The translations under genes were made by a program, and so were the position numbers. Shown piece after piece: positions 5,040 through 10,873 of a stretch of DNA of 10,873 bases. Under the pieces are notes generated by a model that saw only the letters and a list, made by a program, of their open reading frames with translations, searched no databases and had not been told where the DNA came from. The stretch's first letter is position 1. The number at the start of each line of letters is the position of its first letter. This stretch comes from an uncultured Candidatus Bathyarchaeia archaeon (GTDB lineage Archaea; Thermoproteota; Bathyarchaeia; Bathyarchaeales; Bathycorpusculaceae), in NCBI GenBank assembly GCA_964450845.1, contig CAYVGZ010000051.1, forward strand, positions 1 to 10,873, read 5' to 3'.

Positions 5040-6602
5040 ATGGCAGGAAATCCAGGCGCAAAAGTGGTGCTAACGGCTTCAGCTACTGAGATGAGTGAAT
5101 TTTACAATAGCCCCTTTGTCGCATTCGTGGCTGGATTCGCTAAGGGTCCTTTACCTTTGTGGTTTGTCAGAAAGAAACTATATCCACGAGTAGAACAAGG
5201 CAATGACGGAAGGGCAAAATATGCGCCCTACGGTTTGAGAAAAGTGGAAGCAGTTTTATTGGAAAACGGTTTCGACGAGTCTGAGGTGGCAGTGGTTCAC
5301 CCGTTCGACCTTGACGCATTCGTAGGTCCCAACACGAAGGCAGTGGGTATATCGTCTATGGATCCAACGGGAATGGGATTCGTCAGCAAAACATATTCTT
5401 CGATTGTTGGCGGAGGCGAATCCATGAACGCCATCGAGTTCAAGGAGCTGGTAAAACATCCAAGCATTCGGAAATATGGGCCTAAAGTGATTGTAGGCGG
5501 TTTTGGCGCATGGCAACTTGAACGCAAGAAAGTAGCAGAAAGTTACGGTGTAGACTGCGTGGTCATCGGCGAAGCAGAAGACACTGTCGCCAAGATTTTT
5601 GAGAAGGCAGTTAACGGAGAGCACCTTCCACCAGTGATTCGTATCGAGAACAGCCCAGAGAACGAACAGATTCCAACCATTAGGCACGCAGCCATTCATG
5701 GATGTGTGGAGATTTCTAGAGGTTGTGGCCGAAACTGCCAGTTTTGCACGCCTACCATGCAAAAAAAACGTGACATGCCCTTGGAAAGAATCATGAAAGA
5801 AGTGGAGACAACAACACGAGAGGGCAGTGATCATATTACTCTGGTTACGGAAGACATCTTTCTGTACGGCGCAAAAAGCAAACGGTTCATTCCAGATAAG
5901 GAAGCAGTTTTGAAACTTGTAAAAAGCGTAGCAACACATCCTAGAGTTAAGGCTATACAACCTTCGCATATGTCTCTAGCGCCTGTTGTATGTGATAGTG
6001 GCATGGTTAAAGAACTCGCTGAAATCCTGATAGAGCGTAGCTGGTATAGTCACGCGAAAAAGCGTATCGTAACTTCTGAAACGGGTGTAGAAACTGGAAG
6101 TGTTAGGCTGATGCGGAAGTACATGGCTGGAAAAATGCTTCCTTTTAAGCCTGAACAGTGGAAAGAGATTGTTAGTCAATCCTTCGGAATATTGAACGAC
6201 AATGATTGGTATCCGCTTGCCACGTTTATAGTTGGACTTCCAGACGAAAGGGAAGAAGATGTAATCGAAACGCTTGAATTAATGGATGACTTGAAAGATT
6301 ATCAAGCCTTCTACGTTCCATTACTTTTCGTTCCGCTGGAAAACTGTTTGCTAATGAACAAGCGCGGGGCAGAGGCTAATTCTCTGACAAAAGCACGTTG
6401 GCTGTTCATCACTCGCTGTTGGGAATACAATGTCAGAATTTGGCGGGACACCTTTCTAGAACAGAGAATCAATAACCCATTGCTTTACAAGCTTGTCAAG
6501 CAAATGGCGCTTCCGCTTGTAGCCAAAGTGGCGGGAATCTATTATGGAAAGAAGCATGGTCAAGAAATGGAAGACGCCATCTGGAAAATGGTAAACGCCT
6601 AA
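5040..6602 (+). CDS. Cobalamin-binding radical SAM protein, GrsA/GrsB (GDGT ring synthase)/Gmm-like family
   Basis: CxxxCxxC motif GCGRNCQFC and an N-terminal B12-binding-type region (VIVGGFGAWQL ... VVIGEAE). KVVLTA, GLRKVE, MDPTGM, GVETGS and WYPLATFIVGLPDE resemble my recollection of archaeal Grs-family sequences. The exact activity cannot be assigned by eye. Confidence 0.75.
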   Translation: MAGNPGAKVVLTASATEMSEFYNSPFVAFVAGFAKGPLPLWFVRKKLYPRVEQGNDGRAKYAPYGLRKVEAVLLENGFDESEVAVVHPFDLDAFVGPNTKAVGISSMDPTGMGFVSKTYSSIVGGGESMNAIEFKELVKHPSIRKYGPKVIVGGFGAWQLERKKVAESYGVDCVVIGEAEDTVAKIFEKAVNGEHLPPVIRIENSPENEQIPTIRHAAIHGCVEISRGCGRNCQFCTPTMQKKRDMPLERIMKEVETTTREGSDHITLVTEDIFLYGAKSKRFIPDKEAVLKLVKSVATHPRVKAIQPSHMSLAPVVCDSGMVKELAEILIERSWYSHAKKRIVTSETGVETGSVRLMRKYMAGKMLPFKPEQWKEIVSQSFGILNDNDWYPLATFIVGLPDEREEDVIETLELMDDLKDYQAFYVPLLFVPLENCLLMNKRGAEANSLTKARWLFITRCWEYNVRIWRDTFLEQRINNPLLYKLVKQMALPLVAKVAGIYYGKKHGQEMEDAIWKMVNA

Positions 6603-6682
6603 CACATAAACAGCTGTCAAAGGCGATTTGTGGCTTTTTGTTCGTTGCAATTATCGTTTTATGAATAATTTTAAGGTAATCG

Positions 6683-6690
6683 TTATAAAT
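6683..6690 (+). promoter_or_regulatory. TATA box (TTATAAAT) for the CxxC-x17-CxxC gene
   Basis: Consensus-like TATA. It predicts a start near 6713-6716 and a ~50-nt leader containing a hairpin and a GGAG Shine-Dalgarno at 6750-6753. Confidence 0.5.
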
Positions 6691-6714
6691 GACTATGCAG
6701 TGAATACATACACC

Positions 6715-6736
6715 GTGCAAGAAGCAATTTTTGCAC
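6715..6736 (+). promoter_or_regulatory. 9-bp hairpin with GCAA (GNRA) tetraloop in the predicted 5' UTR
   Basis: GTGCAAGAA-GCAA-TTTTTGCAC: 8 Watson-Crick pairs plus 1 G-U pair, closed by a GNRA loop. Confidence 0.5.
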
Positions 6737-6765
6737 AATAAATAGTATAGGAGTTGAAATAGCAG

Positions 6766-6906
6766 ATGGCAGAGAAAGAGATGCACAAGGCAGTTTGTGC
6801 TGATTGCGGTAAGGAATGTGAAGTTCCCTTCAAACCTGACCCAAGTAGGCCTGTTTACTGCCGAGAGTGCTGGGCAAAAAGAAGAAATCAAAGGCGAAGA
6901 TTTTAG
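6766..6906 (+). CDS. CxxC-x17-CxxC zinc-finger domain protein (46 aa)
   Basis: Hand-translated as MAEKEMHKAVCADCGKECEVPFKPDPSRPVYCRECWAKRRNQRRRF*. The spacing CADC-x17-CREC is exact, there is a basic Arg-rich tail and a GGAG SD. It is below the ORF-track length cutoff. Confidence 0.92.
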   Translation: MAEKEMHKAVCADCGKECEVPFKPDPSRPVYCRECWAKRRNQRRRF

Positions 6907-6948
6907 GTTAAGCTAACAGCTTTAATCCCAATAATCGCTTTTCCAACA

Positions 6949-6980
6949 TTTTTTTCATATAATAGTGTAAACTTTTTTTT
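6949..6980 (+). terminator. Oligo-T archaeal terminator candidates (T7 at 6949-6955, T8 at 6973-6980)
   Basis: Two long T tracts 43-74 nt downstream of the CxxC gene stop. Confidence 0.45.
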
Positions 6981-7112
6981 CAAGTTTCGCAGAGTTTGAA
7001 TTCCTATCTGCGCCTTAAATCTTTAGGATGCTCGTCTGGCTGATAGATTAGACCGTTTACTTCTGCTTTTGGGTTAAGGGTTTGAAGTTTTCAAATAGTC
7101 ACAAAGCGCTTT

Positions 7113-7120
7113 TTTATATA
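7113..7120 (+). promoter_or_regulatory. TATA box (TTTATATA) upstream of the uppP region
   Basis: Strong consensus match, predicting a start near 7142-7145. Confidence 0.55.
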
Positions 7121-7263
7121 GGTATTTTTCGTTAACATTTCATGGTTTTCAACGCTTCTAAGCGGATGTTCACCCGTATGGACTAACATGATAGTTTTAG
7201 CAATTTGCATAATTAGTCTTTTAAGTCTGACCCAGAAATAGAAAAGGAAAGCAGTGATGATGT

Positions 7264-8061
7264 TTGGATTTGACAAACCTGCTGAGAACTATAATTCTCG
7301 GCGCAATTCAAGGCTTAACAGAGTGGCTTCCGATATCGAGCACTGGACACCTCAGAATAGCTGAACATTTTCTAGGCTTAGAAGTTCCAATACTTTTTGA
7401 TGTTATCCTGCACATTGGAACGTTAATTGTTATTTTTGTTTTCTTTAGAAGAGACATTAAGAATATTTTTTCTGCGCTTGTGCGATTTGATTTTAAAACA
7501 GAATACGGGAGATTTATTCCTCTGATAATTGTTGGAACAGTACCAACGGCGTTAATAGGTTTAGTCTTCGGTGAATCTATAGAAAATACCTTTCAAAGCG
7601 TTTTGCCCATTGCAACAGCGTTTGTCCTCTGTGGAATAGTTCTTTACTTTACGAAGGCTGGAAAAGAAAAAACCGATAACATAGGCTATTTGGCTGCTGT
7701 GATAGTTGGTGTAGCGCAAGGAATAGCTATAATTCCGGGAATCTCCAGAAGCGGAGCAACAATTGCAGCGGCACTTATGCTTGGGATAAAGCGTGAAAAA
7801 GCCTTCAAATTCTCTTTTCTAATTTCGATTCCAGCTATAATTGGGGCTTTAGGCTTAACTCTTTATACACAATTCGATGAATTGACAACTGTGGGGTTGG
7901 GTTGGCAAGTTCTGGCAGGAATGGTTGTTGCAACGTTGGTTGGTTATTTTGCTTTGAAACTCTTATGGAAAATCCTAGCCAAGAAGAAGTTTCACTTTTT
8001 TGCGCTTTACTGTTGGTTGCTAGGCGCAGTGTTAATAGTGCTGGGTTTAAGAGGGTTCTAA
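7264..8061 (+). CDS. uppP: Undecaprenyl/polyprenyl-diphosphate phosphatase (BacA/UppP)
   Basis: Signature motifs QGLTEWLPISSTGH and PGISRSG in a multi-TM hydrophobic protein. TTG start with a GTGAT SD at 7254-7258. The 3' end overlaps cca by 15 nt. Confidence 0.93.
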   Translation: MDLTNLLRTIILGAIQGLTEWLPISSTGHLRIAEHFLGLEVPILFDVILHIGTLIVIFVFFRRDIKNIFSALVRFDFKTEYGRFIPLIIVGTVPTALIGLVFGESIENTFQSVLPIATAFVLCGIVLYFTKAGKEKTDNIGYLAAVIVGVAQGIAIIPGISRSGATIAAALMLGIKREKAFKFSFLISIPAIIGALGLTLYTQFDELTTVGLGWQVLAGMVVATLVGYFALKLLWKILAKKKFHFFALYCWLLGAVLIVLGLRGF

Positions 8062-9477
8062 CCATTTGGGCTTGCCAGAGAGAAAATCTGTCAGAAACTT
8101 TGCAAACTCGCTATTTTTCTTATAAACCTCTACTATTTCGTTATTAACAAATATTCCAAATCCTTTGCATAGTGTCTGCGAAATTTGCTCTGCAACACCT
8201 GTTCTTCTTCCTCCATCCCTTAACTTATCGCTGAGCAATACAACTGCATCAGTATATCTTCTTCGAATCTCCACGACCCATTTTCCATCTTCAATGTAAG
8301 GTCCAGAAATCGTTCCCAGATTACCCAGATGCTTCAAAAAGAATTTTTCACATTCATGCTCCTTTTCTAGAGGCGGTCCAAAATGCTTCTTAATCGGCGG
8401 AAGAATGCGTTGTTCAAGTTCAAATATGAACATGCTTAGAATTTTTTCGTCGCTCCATGGAATATTTCTTAAAATGTTGAAATCGTTTAGCTGGACAAGT
8501 TTGCTTAAGGAGCGTTGAGACTTGTACAGTTGCCCCCATAAAACGTCTGGAACTGCGTCAACTTTTCCAAAAGTTAAAAAGATGATTGTGGAGCCTCGTT
8601 TCTCTAATTTTTGTTTCAGTTCTTTCACAGTTAGGGCTGTTGTTTCTGGCGGATAAAAGAACTTTAAATTTGAGTTTTCTAGGAAGGCTCTTGCAGCGGC
8701 TACGAAGGTATAGAGTTTATGCAGTCGCACCGCAGAAGCTACGTTTCTTCCCTTATCCACTGGATCAACAACTACAAGTGGTTCTTTGAACAGAAGCTGT
8801 AATTCGTCCTCTCTTCCTCTGTAATAGTTTTCGATGTCTATGACTATTCTTTGTTTATATTGGGCAAATGTCTTGAGCGTTTTTACGAAGGATTTGCAAT
8901 GTAATATTAGAAGTTCGCATAGGTAGCCGCTGAAACCGCCAATTTTTATTTCTGCGCCATAAACATTCGTCCCCTTCATGAATTTTTTTAATAAGCGCAC
9001 TTCGCTCCGCATCTGTTCACTCAAACGCTTTTTAACGTAGTCCGTGTGATACGGTGTTCGGTCTGTGGCACTTAACCACACTCCCCGCTTAACGTCATAG
9101 CAAGGCACAATATTCACTCTAACACCGTCAACTATTGCCTCAAGGTAGGGATGCTCAGCAAACCTTTCAATCTGTTCTGAGCCTTCTGTTGCTTTTCTGG
9201 CTATTTTTAGGCAAACCTTTCCTAGAGATTTGCGGGGTATCTTTGCTGAAACACGCATGAAAACGTCAATGTCTGGCTCTCCGCTGAGCCACGTGTCCTT
9301 CGCAACAGAGCCTTCTATGCGCACTTCGGCTTCGACGCCTAACTCTTTTGATGCGGAAACAACTTTCTTCTTTAGTTCTTTTGCTAAAGCCTCAATTTTG
9401 GACCGTTCTCGTTTTTTCGGTGTAACCCGTTCTAAAACGGTTGTGCAAACTTTCTCAATTTTTCCTTGCATAAACAT
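8047..9477 (-). CDS. cca: Archaeal class I CCA-adding enzyme (tRNA nucleotidyltransferase)
   Basis: Nucleotidyltransferase motif GSVAKDTWLSGEPDIDVF, plus AEHPY, DRTPYH, YGAEIKIGGFSGYLCEL and DPVDKGRNVASA. Confidence 0.96.
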   Translation of the reverse strand: MFMQGKIEKVCTTVLERVTPKKRERSKIEALAKELKKKVVSASKELGVEAEVRIEGSVAKDTWLSGEPDIDVFMRVSAKIPRKSLGKVCLKIARKATEGSEQIERFAEHPYLEAIVDGVRVNIVPCYDVKRGVWLSATDRTPYHTDYVKKRLSEQMRSEVRLLKKFMKGTNVYGAEIKIGGFSGYLCELLILHCKSFVKTLKTFAQYKQRIVIDIENYYRGREDELQLLFKEPLVVVDPVDKGRNVASAVRLHKLYTFVAAARAFLENSNLKFFYPPETTALTVKELKQKLEKRGSTIIFLTFGKVDAVPDVLWGQLYKSQRSLSKLVQLNDFNILRNIPWSDEKILSMFIFELEQRILPPIKKHFGPPLEKEHECEKFFLKHLGNLGTISGPYIEDGKWVVEIRRRYTDAVVLLSDKLRDGGRRTGVAEQISQTLCKGFGIFVNNEIVEVYKKNSEFAKFLTDFLSGKPKWLEPS

Positions 9478-9487
9478 GTCCTTTTCT

Positions 9488-10057
9488 TTATTCTTGTGGG
9501 CAAAACTCTTTAAGGGTTGAGTAGATGGGACCTTTCGGTGTTAAATCACTTCTTTTAAGTCTCAAACACTGAGCTCTAACGATTCCAAATTCATAATTGG
9601 CGTTTTCGGTGACACATTTGCCAAGTTCAGCCTTGTTTCTTCCAGATTTTACCCTAGCAATTGTCAGGTGAGGGCTAAAGCCTTTGGAGTCAGGTGCAAA
9701 CCCTAAACTGCGCAGACTGGGCTCTAGCTGATTGAAAATGCTTCGCAGTTGGTCGGCGCCTTGGGTTATTCCAGCCCATAATACCCGTGGATAGTGCAGA
9801 TTTGGGAAGGCGCCAACTCCATGAATTTTGACGTCAAAGATTGTAAACTTGACCTTCTTCATTTCTTCATGGATTTTTTCAACCATAGGCGAGTTGATGT
9901 TTCCGAGAAATCGCAAGGTAATGTGGATGTTTTTTGGTTCGACAAGTTTCAAGTCTGCCTCAGTCTTAGCTAGGAGATTTTGCACGTCTGCTATTCTCTT
10001 TAGAATTGATTCGCTGTCTATGTCAAAGGCTATGAAACTTCTTATTGCTTCCGACAT
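9488..10057 (-). CDS. thpR: RNA 2',3'-cyclic phosphodiesterase (2H phosphoesterase, LigT/ThpR)
   Basis: Two HxT motifs (HITL, HLTI), RSFIA at the N-terminus, GAFP...PRVLWAG and GPIY. It lies directly upstream of cca. Confidence 0.94.
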   Translation of the reverse strand: MSEAIRSFIAFDIDSESILKRIADVQNLLAKTEADLKLVEPKNIHITLRFLGNINSPMVEKIHEEMKKVKFTIFDVKIHGVGAFPNLHYPRVLWAGITQGADQLRSIFNQLEPSLRSLGFAPDSKGFSPHLTIARVKSGRNKAELGKCVTENANYEFGIVRAQCLRLKRSDLTPKGPIYSTLKEFCPQE

Positions 10058-10158
10058 AGTTATTCCTTTGCATATTTTTTGCTTCTATTCCTCATAAATG
10101 CTTTTAATGTAAAAAACTATCTCTTAATAGCCAGATACACCATCAAAAAGGGTGCAAA

Positions 10159-10725
10159 ATGACTGCTGATAAAGTTGTTGTAGGTTTGGCTGGAATGCCT
10201 GGAGCCGGGAAATCAGTAGTTGTCGCTATTGCAAAAGGAAGCGGTTACGGAGTTGTGGTGATGGGTGATGTTGTTAGAGAAGAAGCAAAGAGAAGACATC
10301 TTGAGCTTAGTCCAGAAGACCTTGGAAAAATAATGCTCGAGCTGAGAAAAAAAGAAGGAAACAATGTTATAGCAAAAAGATGTATCCAAAAAATAGAAAA
10401 TTCGAAAGAAAACAAAATCATCGTAGATGGCATAAGAAGCCTAAACGAAGTTGAAGAATTTAAAAAGAACTTTCCAAAATTCACCCTCATAGCCATTCAA
10501 GCCTCTCCAGAAACAAGATTCAAACGGCTTTACCGGCGCAAAAGAAGCGACGACCCAAAAAATTGTCAAATCTTCAAAGAGAGGGACCAGCGAGAATTAA
10601 GCGTGGGGTTAGGAGAAGCTATAACAATGGCAGAATACAAAATAGTAAACGAAGAAGAAAAGGCAGCCGCAAAAGAAAAAATCAAAGAAATCCTGAAGAA
10701 GGTTGAAGAAAAGTGGATGAAATAA
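10159..10725 (+). CDS. UPF0200-type P-loop nucleotide kinase-like protein (dephospho-CoA-kinase-like fold)
   Basis: P-loop GLAGMPGAGKS, MGDVVREE, VDGIRS and the lid RLYRRKRSDD. It is paired with UPF0201, as is common in archaea. Confidence 0.85.
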   Translation: MTADKVVVGLAGMPGAGKSVVVAIAKGSGYGVVVMGDVVREEAKRRHLELSPEDLGKIMLELRKKEGNNVIAKRCIQKIENSKENKIIVDGIRSLNEVEEFKKNFPKFTLIAIQASPETRFKRLYRRKRSDDPKNCQIFKERDQRELSVGLGEAITMAEYKIVNEEEKAAAKEKIKEILKKVEEKWMK

Positions 10726-10873
10726 CGATTTATATCGAAGCTGAAATTAACCCAACAGAATCCGAAACCAAAGTAAAACAAGCAGTCGAAAACATTTTCG
10801 GCAACGTTGAAACCAAAGTTCAACCTATATATAAGGGGGCTATACTAACCGCACAAGCAAAAGGAATCGAAAC
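10713..10873 (+). CDS. UPF0201/DUF54 putative RNA-binding protein (3'-truncated by the window edge)
   Basis: GTG start overlapping the kinase by 13 nt. Translates as MDEITIYIEAEINPTESETKVKQAVENIFG..., matching the family's N-terminal x-PTE-xx-KV-xx-A-xx-N-x-F pattern. Open to the end of the window. Confidence 0.8.
   Translation, partial: MDEITIYIEAEINPTESETKVKQAVENIFGNVETKVQPIYKGAILTAQAKGIE

Noticed and set aside
7254-7285. C/D-box sRNA (GTGATGA at 7254-7260, CTGA at 7282-7285)
   Set aside because: Too short for a guide RNA, with no D'/C' boxes. GTGAT is adequately explained as the uppP Shine-Dalgarno.
10159-10725. Naming the kinase coaE (dephospho-CoA kinase)
   Set aside because: It shares the fold, but the characterised archaeal dephospho-CoA kinase is a different, GTP-dependent family, so the substrate of this UPF0200-type protein cannot be assigned.
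2-10823. Alternative-frame and antisense ORFs in the track (e.g. 2-190, 1084-1278, 1884-2198, 2090-2293, 3765-4034, 3856-4056, 5256-5969, 5297-5527, 5976-6179, 6456-6650, 6496-6891, 7091-7276, 7835-8065, 7902-8147, 8586-8789, 9230-9520, 9828-10097, 10245-10496, 10566-10823)
   Set aside because: They overlap well-supported genes in other frames or on the other strand, have no recognisable motifs and show shadow-ORF composition.
1-10873. CRISPR array, tRNA or rRNA genes
   Set aside because: I saw no regularly spaced repeats, cloverleaf or rRNA-like sequence in the intergenic regions by eye. A tRNAscan-SE/Infernal run would be the definitive check.

Overview
Archaeal chromosomal window: class I CCA-adding enzyme, UPF0200/UPF0201 pair, TATA-type promoters. 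A TACK/Bathyarchaeia-like host is my inference only. Most genes are housekeeping: a MacB/FtsX-type ABC permease and ATPase, a small hypothetical gene, DNA polymerase IV (dinB), a PIN-like protein, a Grs/Gmm-like B12 radical SAM enzyme, a small CxxC-x17-CxxC zinc-finger gene missed by the ORF track, uppP, cca, thpR, a UPF0200 kinase and a partial UPF0201 gene. The stand-out feature is at 2219-4428. A clean but truncated dinB 5' end (50 dinB codons, also missed by the ORF track) stops just before the conserved (A/C)(S/N)YEAR motif. It is followed by an AT-rich, free-standing two-motif LAGLIDADG homing endonuclease with a candidate TATA box of its own and two N-terminal HTH-like repeats. The endonuclease's 3' end overlaps a second, full-length dinB start whose first ~48 codons are only ~73% identical at the nucleotide level to the first copy, mostly through synonymous changes. 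This fits a homing element that is neither an intein nor an intron and that inserts into dinB and repairs it by supplying its own recoded 5' end.
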